Positions 30,905-42,700 of a stretch of DNA of 64,000 bases are shown here, piece by piece (the stretch's first letter is position 1; each line of letters starts with the position of its first letter). The notes beneath the pieces were generated by a model. That model saw only the letters and a list, made by a program, of their open reading frames with translations, ran no database searches and was not told the DNA's origin. The translations under genes were made by a program, and so were the position numbers. The DNA lies in assembly GCA_963803975.1 (NCBI GenBank), contig CAWDOY010000001.1, forward strand, positions 157,463 to 221,462, read 5' to 3'. This DNA comes from an uncultured delta proteobacterium. GTDB lineage: Bacteria; Desulfobacterota; WTBG01; CAIYCZ01.

Positions 30905-31435
30905 ATGTCCGAAAAAACTCTCACACTCGTCACCGGCGGCATCAAGAGCGGAAAAAGCTCCTGGGCGCAGCAGCAGGCTGAGCGCTTAAGCGGCACCAGG
31001 GCGTTTGTCGCGACCGCACAGGCGCTTGATGATGAGATGAAAGACCGCATCGCAAAGCACCGGCAGGCACGGGGGGATGCATGGGTAACCTTTGAAGAGC
31101 CAAAAGACCTGGTGCCGCTGGTGGATGATATAACCGGCAGGTTTGATATCATCCTGATCGACTGCCTGACCATATGGCTGTCAAACCTGCTCACGATCTA
31201 CCGGATGGATGAAGAGGCGGCAGCGCAGCAGATTGCAGGGCTCAGCGCATGTTTCAGCCGGGCCGCGTCCCGGGTATTTGTTATCTCCAATGAAACCGGC
31301 ATGGGGATAATACCTGCTGATCCGCTTTCCCGGCTGTACCAGCGACTTCTGGGCAGTTTGAACAGCGAGGTTGCCGCGGCAGCGGACGAAGTTTATCTCA
31401 TGGTCTCCGGCATCCCGGTGAAGATAAAACCGTGA
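30905..31435 (+). CDS. cobU: adenosylcobinamide kinase / guanylyltransferase
   Basis: LVTGGIKSGKS, RIAKHRQAR, LIDCLTIWLSN, SNETGMGIIP. Confidence 0.95.
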   Translation: MSEKTLTLVTGGIKSGKSSWAQQQAERLSGTRAFVATAQALDDEMKDRIAKHRQARGDAWVTFEEPKDLVPLVDDITGRFDIILIDCLTIWLSNLLTIYRMDEEAAAQQIAGLSACFSRAASRVFVISNETGMGIIPADPLSRLYQRLLGSLNSEVAAAADEVYLMVSGIPVKIKP

Positions 31436-31647
31436 CTCGTGGCACGTGATTCGTGACTCGAGGAAACGAAACAAAGAGAAGTGCGGATTGCGGAACTGAA
31501 AAAGGCAACAGGCAATAGTGCACAAAGTAATTGCGGATTTGAGATTGCAGCGTGCAGATTTAAGTAAGGTACAGAAAATAAAGCTGATAGCTGACAGCTG
31601 TCAACTGATAGCTTACTTGAACAACTCAAAACTTAAAACTAAAAACT

Positions 31648-33184
31648 ATGCACTGCAGCATACTGCTTCTGGAACATCCCCGGCCTTCCTCGGCAATCCA
31701 TTTCAATGACGTGGCCAATACGCCCCTGTCATCGGGGCTTTTGAGCGGCTATATTTCATCGCTGCTTGAAGCGCGGGGCGTCTCCGTGAGCCTGCATGAA
31801 GCATATCCCTCTGCCGGGTCTTTCCAGGACTGCGCAACAGAGCTTGACCGCCTGGAGTTTAGCGTTCTGGGCGTCAACGCAGTATATCTCTGGGAGAAGA
31901 CCGAAGAGCTGTTTTCATTCTTAAAAAACTGAAGGCCCGCCGTCCGGACGTGTCCGTGATCCTGTACGGCTTTTTCCCCACCTTTTCCTTCCGTGAAATT
32001 CTTTCCCAATACCCGTTCATTGACTGCATCATTCTGGGTGAGCCCGAGGAAACTTTTGCTGACATAGCCGCAAGCCTGCAACAGGATGGCTGCATTGATT
32101 TTTCAAAAATACCGGGTCTTGCCTTTCGGGAAAACGGGAAGGTCACCACCTCGGGAGAGAGGGCGCTCATCGAGCCGCTTGACCGGCTGCCGTTCCCTGA
32201 GCGCAGCGAGCAGTTCCTGAAAACAGTCGGCGGCAATATTCTGGCCAGCCGGGGCTGCTACGGCCAGTGCAGTTTCTGCTATATAAATTATTTTTACGGG
32301 CACGGCTGCCAGTGGCGCGGCCGCTCCCCGGATAATGTGGCGCAGGAGATTGAAGAGCTGTATCCGCGCCTGCCGGAGCCCTCTATCTATTTTGTCGATG
32401 CGAATTTTTTCGGCCGCGGAAGCCTTGGCCGCACGCGCTCGCAGGCTATTGTCGAGCGCATTAAAGACTGGAGCGATCTCAGCTTCGGCATCGAGTGCCG
32501 CAGCAATGACCTGGATGAAGAACTTGTCAGCGCTATGGTGCAGGCGGGCTTGCGGCAGGTATTCCTGGGCATTGAGAGCGCATCAAAAGCATCGCTTGCG
32601 CGCATGAAAAAAGGGGTGCGGCTGGATATGCAGGCGGCGGCAGTCAAAATGCTGCAGGCCCATGGGGTAGAGATTAACCTCGGGTTTATAATGTTTGAGC
32701 CTGATACTGCGCTTGAAGATGTGCGGCTAAATTTTCAATTTTTGAAAGACAATGGCCTGCTGGACTCTCTCTCCTGCACGGCTAATGTCCTCTATCACCG
32801 GGAAATTGCACTGCAGGGAACTGAGCGTTTCAAACTGCTGCAGGCAGAAAACCGCCTGCAAAAAATCGACCCCCTGGGGTATGAAGGCAGCTACTGTTTT
32901 CTCCAGGAACCGGTCCAGTTCCTGGCAGACCTGATGGATAGCGTATGCCGGGGCTGTTTTGCAAAAAATGGATAACTGCGAGCTCCCCGATTTTCTGGGG
33001 CAGGGAAAGCTCCGCGGCAGCGCTTCGGCTGAATGCTTACCTGGTCTATTTCTTTGAAGAGGCGCTGCGCAAGCTTGAGCTGAAGGAGCTGTTGCTGACT
33101 CATGAGGAGCGCATGCGCTGGGAAGAGCGGGCCTTGGCAGTGGTCGACGGGCTGATCGTATCCGAGCGGGTGTGCCAGCTGTGA
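31648..33184 (+). CDS. B12-binding radical SAM enzyme, BzaD/BzaE-like (frameshifts near 31925 and 32960)
   Basis: N-terminal B12-binding-like region, GEPEET, ASRGCYGQCSFC, FVDANF, FLGIES; lower-ligand gene context. Confidence 0.8.
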
Positions 33185-34184
33185 AAGCTTCACCCGCAGC
33201 GGACTTTGAGCGGCTCTATGCTTTAGGGACCGGGTTCCAGGCCTCTGAAATTATTTTTACGGCAGTCAGGCTGGGGATTTTTACCGCGCTCGATGCAGGG
33301 CCGGCTACCAGTAAAAGCCTGGCCGGAAAATTACATCTCTCGCAGGATGCTCTGGCCAGGTTCATGCGCGCTTTGAAAAGCATGGGGCTGATAGCGGAGC
33401 GCAACGGGGCATACAGCAAAACCGCGCTCTCGCGGCGCTATCTGGGAGCAGCCGCAGGGAGAACTGCGGTGATATGCTGATACATCTTGAAACGCTTAAG
33501 TCTTCGTGGGCAAACCTTTCTTACAGCTTAAAGAAAGGCACCATGCATGCTCCCGCGGAAAGAAGCCCTGGCAGATTATCCGCGGCAGCTGAAGCGGTTT
33601 CTCGCTGCGATGCACGCCTCAGGCGCTGATTAAGAGCGCGGCCATAGCGAGAGCGTTTCCGCTGCGGCAGATATTGCCGCATGCTTGATATCGGCGGCGG
33701 CATGGGAACCTATGCTGTTGCCTTTGCGCAGAAAAACAGCCGCGCTGCAGGCAACAGTGTTTGATCTTGAGAGCGTGGTGCCGCACGCAAAAAAATATAT
33801 CAGGCAGTGCGGGATGGGCAGGCGCGTGAGCGTGGCTGCACGGTGAATGCCTGTCTGATCCGTTTCCGGGCAATGACTATGACCTGGTGCTGCTCTCAAA
33901 TATCCTGCATATTTATGCAGCCAGGGGATGCGCGCTTTATTATTAAAAAAGCAGCGCAGGCATTACAGCGCGGCGGCACCCTGCTGATTCATGATTATAT
34001 CACCGGCTCCGGCGACCAGATCTTTGTCTCTCTTTTTGACATGACCATGCTCACCGGGACGCCGGAAGGAAGATGCCACGCACGGACTGATCTTTGCCAA
34101 TGGATGAAGGCTGCCGGGCTTTCCCGCATCCGGACAAAAGCGGTGAATGCCGGCACTTCGATTATGTGGGGAATTAAGGAATAG
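33172..34184 (+). CDS. bzaC: SAM-dependent O-methyltransferase with dimerisation domain, BzaC-like (frameshifted)
   Basis: TAVRLGIF winged-helix N-terminus, LDIGGG.GTY, DLVLLSNILH, GGTLLIHDY; adjacent to cobT and bzaF. Confidence 0.65.
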
Positions 34185-34330
34185 GCACAAAGGCACAGAG
34201 GCAGAAGGCACAGAGGCAGATAGAGGCAAAGAGGCAGATAGGCAATAGGTAAAAGGATGAGTCATGATCGTACGGCTGAACCGAACCTTTAACCTCGAGC
34301 CTGTTCACTATTCACTGTTCACTGATAGCG

Positions 34331-35392
34331 ATGGATCTACAGACAGCACTTAACCAGGATAGAGCCGCTTGATGCGGCGTCTTTGCAGAAAGCGCAGGAG
34401 CGCCTTGACCAGCTTGCCATACCGCGCGGCAGCCTGGGGAGACTGCTTGACATCGGCAGACAAATTGCCGGCATCACCCGGCAGCTGAAGCCGCGCATTT
34501 CCCGGAAAAGAATATTTACCCTTGCCGCGGACCATGGTGTTGTCGCGGAAGGGGTGAGCGCATTTCCCAAAGAAGTGACCCCGCAGATGGTATTCAATTT
34601 TCTTCGCGGCGGAGCGGGCATCAATGTTCTGGGGCGGCATGCCGGGGCCGAGGTGCAGGTTGTTGACATCGGCGTTGATTTTGAGTTCCCGCCGCTTGAG
34701 GGTCTTATCCGGCGAAAAGTCGCGCGCGGCTCCCGGAACATGACCAGAGAGCCGGCGACTGACCAGGGATGAGGCAGTGCAGGCCATCGAGGTCGGCATA
34801 GACCTGGTGCAGCAGGCAGTTGCAGAAGGCGTTGATATTATCGGCACCGGCGATATGGGCATCGGCAACACCACCCCGAGCAGCGCTATTATCGCGGCAT
34901 TCTCCGGGCTTCCCGTGGAAAGCGTGACGAGCAGGGGCACCGGCATCAGCGATGCAGGGTCTCGCGGCCAAAATATCCGCCATAGAGCGGGCTCTGGCAT
35001 TGAACCAGCCGGACCCGCGCGACCCGCTTGACGTGCTTTCCAAGGTGGGAGGGCTTGAGATAGCGGGAATTGCAGGCCTGGTAATCGGCGCGGCAGCGCT
35101 TCGCATACCCGCGGTTATCGACGGGTTCATCTCAACGGCAGGGGCCCTGATAGCATGCGAGCTGAATCCTGTCATTGGCCAGTATTTGTTTGCCGCGCAT
35201 CTTTCAGTTGAAAAGGGGCACCGGGTAATGCTTGACAGAATGCACCTGAAGCCGCTGCTTGATCTTGACCTGCGGCTTGGCGAGGGCACGGGTGCTGCGC
35301 TGGGGATGTTTATAGTTGAAGCAGGCGTAAAAGTGCTGACAGAAATGCTCACGTTTGAAGAGGCGCAGGTTACGGATGGACAGCAGGGATAA
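34331..35392 (+). CDS. cobT: nicotinate-nucleotide-dimethylbenzimidazole phosphoribosyltransferase (frameshifted)
   Basis: [44 protein letters not shown]. Confidence 0.95.
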
Positions 35393-35688
35393 AAAAGGGT
35401 TCAAGGGTTCGAGGGTCCAAGGGGCGAAGTAAAGAGTGATGAGTTCAAGGCATAAGGCAACCCACCTTCGCGCAAGGCTACGGTGGGCAGGTAGGCACAG
35501 AGAATAAGTGCTGAGCGATGAGTGCACGATGTGAGTGAGAGAAAAGGCGGATGAATGGGTGAATGCGGAATTTCAGCTTTTCACGCTTCCAGCGTTTGAC
35601 TCGCCACTGGTCACTGGTCACGAGTCACTGAATTTAAGGTGAATGGCTCGAACGGGGTCAAGTTCAACAGAAAAGGAGATATTGCAGC

Positions 35689-36993
35689 ATGGTAACGCAG
35701 CTTGAATACGCGCGCAAAGGCACAATAACCGACATCATGAAGAAGGTGGCCGGCAAAGAAAATATGGCACCTGAGATGATGCGGGAGCTGATCAGCCAGG
35801 GGAAAATCGTGATCATTAAAAACCATCAGAACGGCTCAGCTCCGGTCGGTGTGGGCAAGGGGCTGCGTACCAAGGTCAATGCCAGCATCGGCACCTCATC
35901 CGACATCAACGATGAGGAGCTGGAAGTGCGCAAGGCCGTGGCAGCGCAGCAGGAAGGCGCTGACACGCTCATGGACCTGAGCGTGGGCGGCGATATCGAT
36001 GCCATCAGGAAGCGGGTCATTGCCAGCGTGGATATCCCGGTGGGCAATGTGCCGCTGTACCAGGCGTTCTGTGAGGCGCGGAAACGGTATAATGATGTTA
36101 CGAAGCTCGATGAGGAGCTGCTGTTTGATCTTATCGAGCAGCAGTGCGCGGACGGCATCGCCTTCATGGCCGTGCACTGCGGCATTAACCAGATGACCAT
36201 TGAGCGTCTGCGCAAGCAGGGCTACCGCTACGGCGGCCTGGTTTCAAAGGGCGGCGCCTCCATGGTTGCCTGGATGATTAAGAACAACCGGGAAAATCCG
36301 CTCTATGAAAAGTTCGACCGGGTGGTGGCGATCCTGAAAAAGTATGACACGGTATTGAGCCTGGGCAACGGCATGCGCGCCGGCGCTATCCATGATTCAT
36401 CAGACCGGGCCATGATCCAGGAGCTGATAATCAACTGCGAGCTGGCAGAGCTCGGCCGGGAGATGGGCTGCCAGACCATGGTCGAGGGGCCGGGCCATGT
36501 GCCGCTGGATGAGATTGAAGCCAACATCCTGCTGCAGAAGCGCATGAGCAATGAAGCGCCCTACTATGTGCTGGGGCCCATCACCACTGATGTCGCGCCC
36601 GGCTATGACCATATTACGGCAGCAATCGGCGCAGCCAACTCAACGCGCTACGGCGCCGACCTGATTTGCTACATAACGCCGGCAGAGCATCTGGCCCTGC
36701 CCAATGAAGATGACGTGCGCGAAGGCGTGCGCACGGCAAAAATAGCGGTCTATATCGGGGACATGATTAAATACGGCAGGCGGGAACGGGACCGGGATAT
36801 TTCAAAAGCGCGCCGCGATCTGGACTGGGAGAAGCAGTTTTCCCTGGCCCTCTACGGCGACACGGCTGCTGCTGTGCGCGCGAGCAGAAAGCCAAATTCT
36901 GAGCGCTCCTGCACCATGTGCGGCTCGTTCTGCTCCATGGACAACTGTAATGCATATTTTGCCGAAGACCTGGCGAAGAGCCCGAAGAAGTAG
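35689..36993 (+). CDS. bzaF: ThiC-family radical SAM enzyme, likely 5-hydroxybenzimidazole synthase BzaF
   Basis: RTKVNASIGTS, MVEGPGH, GYDHITAAIG, CYITPAEHL, CTMCGSFC; directly after cobT downstream of a B12 riboswitch (ThiC not excluded). Confidence 0.75.
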   Translation: MVTQLEYARKGTITDIMKKVAGKENMAPEMMRELISQGKIVIIKNHQNGSAPVGVGKGLRTKVNASIGTSSDINDEELEVRKAVAAQQEGADTLMDLSVGGDIDAIRKRVIASVDIPVGNVPLYQAFCEARKRYNDVTKLDEELLFDLIEQQCADGIAFMAVHCGINQMTIERLRKQGYRYGGLVSKGGASMVAWMIKNNRENPLYEKFDRVVAILKKYDTVLSLGNGMRAGAIHDSSDRAMIQELIINCELAELGREMGCQTMVEGPGHVPLDEIEANILLQKRMSNEAPYYVLGPITTDVAPGYDHITAAIGAANSTRYGADLICYITPAEHLALPNEDDVREGVRTAKIAVYIGDMIKYGRRERDRDISKARRDLDWEKQFSLALYGDTAAAVRASRKPNSERSCTMCGSFCSMDNCNAYFAEDLAKSPKK

Positions 36994-37001
36994 CGGGGCT
37001 G

Positions 37002-37901
37002 TCAGCGGTTTTTGTAAAATATTTTCTCAGGCTGGTCAAAAACATTCAGATGCAAGGCGCGCGAAACGCGAGGAATGAGGCGTACAGTTACCGTACGTCG
37101 CAATGACGAGGGATGAGCGCAACGAAGCAGATGGGTGTTTTTCAACAGCCTGTCAGCGGTGAAGATGAGGATGCCCAGCAGTGCGGTCAGCTCTGCTATA
37201 ATGGCTGCAGAGCCCAGCACATCACCGGTTATGCCGCCCAGTACGCGGTGTATATAGCGGCGATAGAGCAGAAGAATTGCCAGCAGCATGAGAAAGACCA
37301 GATAAAAGGACGGGAAGAACAGGCAGGGAATAAGCACCAGCGTTGCCCGGATGAACGTTGTTTTATCAATGCTTCGCGCGAACACGCTGCCGATACCTTC
37401 AGCGCGGAGATAGGGGCTGGCATAAAAAAACAGCACCTGCGCCCATCTGCCGAGAGCGGGATAGATGAGGAGCGCTGCCGGGTGATGACGGTTCAGCACC
37501 TCATCGAGCAGGGCGGTTTTGAGCAGCAGGGAAATAATCAGGGCTGTGGCCCCCATGACGCCGATGCGGCTGTCTTTCATGATTTCAAGCTTGCGCTCCA
37601 CGGTGGTGCCTGAGCTGAAGAGGGCGTCAAAGGTGTCAGCCATGCCGTCGAGGTGAAACGCGCCGGTGATAATGGTTTCCGCCGTAACAATAAGAATGGC
37701 CAGCACCAGCGTGTTGAAGGGAAAGAACGGCTGCAGCAGATACCAGAGAAAGAACAGCAGGCAGCCGATGAGATAGCCGGTCAGCGGAAAGCAGATGAGG
37801 GCTTTCTTAAGATCGACCGTGTCCGGACCGCCCGGAGACTTCAGGGGAATCCTGGTGAGAAACTGGATGGCAAATTTGAACGCGGCAATAAAATCCATCA
37901 C
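37002..37901 (-). CDS. cobS: cobamide synthase CobS; C-terminal ~50 codons derived from a MITE
   Basis: FLTRIP, ITGAFHLDGMADTFD, IMKDSRIG, GGITGDVLG. Confidence 0.95.
   Translation of the reverse strand: MMDFIAAFKFAIQFLTRIPLKSPGGPDTVDLKKALICFPLTGYLIGCLLFFLWYLLQPFFPFNTLVLAILIVTAETIITGAFHLDGMADTFDALFSSGTTVERKLEIMKDSRIGVMGATALIISLLLKTALLDEVLNRHHPAALLIYPALGRWAQVLFFYASPYLRAEGIGSVFARSIDKTTFIRATLVLIPCLFFPSFYLVFLMLLAILLLYRRYIHRVLGGITGDVLGSAAIIAELTALLGILIFTADRLLKNTHLLRCAHPSSLRRTVTVRLIPRVSRALHLNVFDQPEKIFYKNR
37006..37150 (-). mobile_element. ~150-bp MITE-like element, copy 2
   Basis: Inverted homolog of 11291-11439. Confidence 0.75.
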
Positions 37902-38064
37902 GTTTGATCCTGAGCGTGGCTGAGTTAATTAAAAAGTAATCTGGAACTCAAGAATTAGGAAAATTTATTTTTATTTTGGTGATTCGCATGAAACAACATC
38001 AATTCGGGTTAGGTTTCCTAGGTAAGTACGTACTTTACAATTTATTAGCAGTGTTTTAAACGGT

Positions 38065-39006
38065 ATGAATGAAATGATTATTGCCGCTGCCTGGGGCCTT
38101 GACGCGCTGCTTGGCGACCCGGAATTTCTTCCCCATCCAATACGGGCCATCGGCCGGCTCATCACCGCTCTTGAGCCTCCGGCCAGAAAGAGCATCGCCA
38201 GCGCCCGCATCGCGGGAATCGTGGTGGGTATCATGGTGCCGCTTATTGCTTTTGCCTGCACGTTCGCGCTCATCCTGGCGGCAATACTGGTTGATATCAG
38301 GCTCGGAACCCTGGTGTCCATATTCCTTGTCTACACCACCCTTTCAACCCGCTGCCTCGGCCAGGAGGCGCGGGCAGTGTTGCAGCGCCTTGAAACCAAT
38401 GATACAGCGGGCGCGCGGAAGCGCCTGGCGCGCATCGTCGGACGTGACACCAATAAGCTTTCTCAAGCTGAGATTGTCCGCGCCACGGTTGAGACCGTGA
38501 GCGAGAATACCGTGGACGGGATTGTCTCACCGCTGTTCTATGCTTTTTTGGGCGGCGCGCCGCTGGCCATGGCGTTCAAGGCGATAAGCACGCTTGACTC
38601 AATGGTGGGGTACAAGGATGAGCGCTACCGGGAGTTCGGCTGGTTCTCCGCGCGCCTGGATGATGCTGCCAATTATATACCGGCGCGGCTCTGCCTGCTG
38701 CTTATACCGATTGCAGCGCTCGCGGTCATGCCGGGAAGAATGATGAAGATTGTGCGGATAATGCTGCGCGACGGCAGCAAGAGCCCCAGCCCCAATGCCG
38801 GGTTTCCTGAGTCCGGTTTCGCGGCAGCGCTTGGCGTACAGCTCGGCGGAGCCTGCCGCTATAAGGGCGTTATGCATGAAAAACCTTTGCTGGGCAGCAA
38901 GGAAAAAGAACTGGCACCGGCGGATATCGCGAAAAGCATTCGGCTCATGTGGGCGACTTCGGTCGTGACGCTTCTTCTGGTGTGCTGCCGCTTTTTTTTC
39001 CGGTAA
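38065..39006 (+). CDS. cbiB: adenosylcobinamide-phosphate synthase
   Basis: LGDPEFLPHPI, IVGRDT, ETVSENTVDG, TLDSMVGY, SPNAG. Confidence 0.95.
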   Translation: MNEMIIAAAWGLDALLGDPEFLPHPIRAIGRLITALEPPARKSIASARIAGIVVGIMVPLIAFACTFALILAAILVDIRLGTLVSIFLVYTTLSTRCLGQEARAVLQRLETNDTAGARKRLARIVGRDTNKLSQAEIVRATVETVSENTVDGIVSPLFYAFLGGAPLAMAFKAISTLDSMVGYKDERYREFGWFSARLDDAANYIPARLCLLLIPIAALAVMPGRMMKIVRIMLRDGSKSPSPNAGFPESGFAAALGVQLGGACRYKGVMHEKPLLGSKEKELAPADIAKSIRLMWATSVVTLLLVCCRFFFR

Positions 39007-39067
39007 AAAATATGCATGCTGATATGCTGACAGCTGTCAGCTGATAGCTTTTCGAAGAGGCTTTTAT

Positions 39068-39694
39068 ATGAACCATCTTTCACCCCAGGACATTGAAGCA
39101 GAATCAATGCGCATTATAGACCGGGAAGCCGGGGCTCATTCATTCTACTGAAGATGAATGGACTATTGTGCGGCGGATCATTCACGCTACCGCGGACTTT
39201 GAGGTGATGAAGACCATCCGTTTTCATCCGCAGGCCATCGCAGCAGGCATTGCAGCAATGAAGCAGGGAAATCCCGTGTACACAGACACGCAGATGCTCA
39301 AAGCCGCCATCGGGAGGAAACTGCAGGAGCAGTACGGCTGCAGTGCCGTGTGCCTGGTGGCAGATGACGAGGTACAGCGCGTCAGCACGGCCTCGGGCAT
39401 AACCCGGTCCGCCGCAGCCATGCAGGCTGCCGCAGCATCGCTGCAGGGCGGCAGTCATTGCCATCGGCAATGCGCCGACAGCGCTTTTTGAAGCAATCAG
39501 GTTGTGCCGGGAAGGGGTCATGAGCCCGTCGCTCATCATCGGGATGCCGGTGGGGTTCGTGGGCGCCGCAGAGTCAAAACAGGCCCTGCTTGACGTCAGG
39601 CCTTGTGAGCATAACCATGCTGGGGAGAAAGGGCGGCACCCCGGCTGCAGTTGCAACCATAAACGCGCTCATGCAGCTCGCGGGAGGCAGGTGA
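39068..39694 (+). CDS. cbiC: cobalt-precorrin-8 methylmutase (frameshifted)
   Basis: IEAESMRII, RRIIHATADF, TRSAAAM, IGNAPTA, GMPVGFVGAAESK. Confidence 0.9.
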
Positions 39695-39695
39695 T

Positions 39696-40437
39696 ATGGC
39701 GGGGAAACTGTACGGCATCGGCGTGGGGCCCGGCGACCCTGAACTGCTCACGATAAAGGCAGTGGAAATTCTCAAGCGCTGCGGGCATATTTTTACTCCC
39801 ATCGCGAAAGAAGGCGGGGCAAGCATTGCCTTTGACATTGCACGGCGCTTTATTCCCGGCAGCAACGCCGGTCACGCGGCTGCTCTTCCCCATGATAAAG
39901 GATAAGCAGGTGCTCGAGCAGCAGTGGATGGAAAATCACCGGGCAATGGAAGCAGGTAGTGCGCGCGGGGCACGCTGCGCTTTCATCACCCTGGGAGATT
40001 CGGGAACCTACAGCACCTTCAGCGTTGTCATGCGCTATTTTAAACGCTTTGCCCCTGACATTGAGATCGAGACGGTCCCCGGCATCACGTCTTTTGCCTA
40101 TGCAGCAGCCCGCGCGGATATGCCGCTGGTGGAAGGCAATGAGATAGTGTCGGTGGTATCGGCAAACGATTCGCAGGAGCGGCTGGAGCGCATTATTGAC
40201 AGCTCTGACACCGTGGTATTCTTAAAGACCTACCGGCAGCGGGAGCGGCTGCTGAAGATGCTGCAGGACCGGGGCCTAGAGCGACTGCTGCACCTACATT
40301 CAGAAATGCGGGCTGGAAGGGGAGCGCGTCTTGCGCAATCTGGACGGGCTGGCTGCACGAGCCCTGAATATCTGTCGCTGGTTATTTTGAAAAAACCGCG
40401 CGCGGAAAACGATGACACGTCTTCGGAGCAGTCTTAG
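39696..40437 (+). CDS. cbiL: cobalt-precorrin-2 C20-methyltransferase (frameshifted)
   Basis: LYGIGVGPGDPELLTIKA, FPM, ITLGDSGTYSTF, VPGITS. Confidence 0.9.
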
Positions 40438-41492
40438 AACCGGGTATACCACCGGCACCTGCGCCGCTGCTGCGGCCAAAGGGGCGGCGCTGGTGCTTGC
40501 GGGAAAGCCTGCCACGGGAAATCGAGGTGAGCCTTCCCGGCAATGAAACGGCACGCATCCCGGTTCATGAAAGCGGCCGCGGCGGAGACGGGGCATTCTG
40601 CGAGGTGATAAAAGATGCCGGGGATGACCCGGACATCACCAATGGAGCCTGCATCCGCGCCACCATTACCCTGCGCGAGACGGATGAAATTATCATCGCG
40701 GCCGGTGCCGGGGTCGGCATGGTGACGCGGCCGGGGCTTGCGGTGGCGCCCGGAAAGCCGGCCATCAACCCGGTGCCGGAGCGCATGATCTGCGCGAGCG
40801 TGCAGGGAGGTGCTGCCCGTAGGGCAGGGGGCTCACGTGACCATCAGCGTAGCAGGCGGGGAAGAGCTGGCAAAAAAAACCCTGAACCCGCGGCTCGGCA
40901 TCAGTGGGGGGCATTTCCATACTCGGGACCACGGGGCTGGTCATTCCCTATTCTCACCAGGCATACCGGGACTCAATCGTGTGCGCTTTTGATGTGCTGC
41001 GGCCATGGGGCTTTCACAGCGCGGTGCTGTGCACCGGCCGTTCAAGCGAGAAGGAGGCGCAGCGCGTCTACAATACGCTTCCGGAAGCGGCCTTTGTTCT
41101 CATGGCGGATTATTTTTCTTTTGCCGTGCAGGAAGCAGCACGGCATGGATTGGCGCGCGATCATTATTGCCGGGTTCCCCGGGAAGCTTTTGAAGATGGC
41201 TGCGGGAGCGGAGTGTACCCATTACCGCAAAGCCGACATTGACCTTTCCCTGCTCGCCGATCTGGCGCGCCGGGCCGGGATGACCGAACATGACGCGCAC
41301 GGTATAAGCAGGGCGCACACCGCGCGCCACGCAATGGAGTTTATCCCCCCGCAGTTCCTCCGGGGAGTATGCGCGCAGCTGGCAGGCATGGTAAAAAAGA
41401 GAGTACGGGAAATCGGCGGACCTTCTCTCGTCGCAGAAGTGCTGCTGCTTTCCTATAACGGCGGAGTGCTGTTCCATGAAAAAAACCATTAG
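40412..41492 (+). CDS. cbiD: cobalt-precorrin-5B C1-methyltransferase (frameshifted)
   Basis: [48 protein letters not shown]. Confidence 0.9.
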
Positions 41493-42700
41493 TGTTGTAG
41501 GCATCGGCCTGTCACCGGAAGATCTTTCCCGCCGGGCAATCAAGGTTATTGCCGCTGCAGAGGTGCTGGTCGGCGGCAAAAGGCTGCTGGGCTATTTCCC
41601 CGGGCACACGGCGAAAAAAATAGTTCTTGACCGGCATGTGGAAGCCACCCTGAGACAGCTCAAAAAAAAGAGCAGGGGGCAGAATATCGTGGTCCTCGCA
41701 AGCGGCGACCCGAACTTCTTTGGTATTGCCCCGCCGGTCATCAGTGTGTTTGGTAAAGAGCGGGTTTCCGTGCTGCCGAATATAACCGCTTTCCAGGGAG
41801 CATTCGCCCGCAGGGGAGAGCGCTGGGATCATGCCGCCTTCATAAGCCTGCACGGCAGAGACATCTCCGGGCTGCAAAAAATCTTTTCTGCAGAAGGCCC
41901 GGTGGTTGTTTACTGTGATGATAAAAATAGTCCGGACGTTGTGGCGCGCTGGCTTATTGCTGCAGGAACCGCGTGCTGCAGCATGGCAGGCCGGGGTTTT
42001 TGAGAACCTCGGCCTGCGTGATGAACGCATATTCGGGGGAGCATTGAAAACAGTGCAGCGCCGCCGATCCGCGCCGCTGGCAATGATGATTATCAATGCT
42101 GAAAAGCTGCCTGATGCAGGGCAGCACGAGATAAGCCTGGGGATAGCGGATGAGAAGTTTGATCATGACCACGGCATGATCACCAGAAAAGATGTGCGGC
42201 TGCTGGCACTGGCACGGCTTGCCTGCGGAAACGGCCGGGTGCTGTGGGACATTGGCGCGGGCAGCGGCTCTTTGTCGATTGAGGCAGCGCGCCTCTACCC
42301 GTCTCTGCAGGTGTATGCGGTGGAGCAGGATGCCAGGCGCTTTTCACAGCTTGAAAAGAATATAATAAAATTCAGGGCGCGTACTGTAAAAGCCGTGCCG
42401 GGAAGCGCGCCTGAAGCGCTGAAAGCGCTTCCCCGGCCGCACAGCGTTTTCATCGGCGGCTCCGGCGGCAGGCTCGCAGACATTCTGAAGCAGGTAAAGA
42501 AGAGTGTCTTCCCGCAGGGGAGCGTGGTAGCAAACGCAGTGACGATCGAAACAGTGAACTGCGCTACCAGCACGCTCAAGAAGTGGGGGTGGCACTGCAC
42601 CGTCACCGCGGTGCGGCTTGAATATCTTGATAACAGCAAACAGCCGGAAATTTTCCGGGCTGAAAATCCGGTCTTCATAGTGCATGGAACACACGAGTAA
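41476..42700 (+). CDS. cbiET: bifunctional CbiE/CbiT methyltransferase/decarboxylase (frameshift near 41970)
   Basis: VLASGDPNFFGI, SLHGR; MITRKDVR, LWDIGAGSGSLSIE, FIGGSGG. Confidence 0.9.

Noticed and set aside
30431..30989. ORFs 30431-30652 (-) and 30717-30989 (+)
   Set aside because: They overlap the riboswitch, its terminator and cobU and show no coding signal
35689..36993. Plain thiamine thiC annotation
   Set aside because: No thi genes or TPP riboswitch nearby, and the cobT and B12-riboswitch context favours bzaF; not fully excluded
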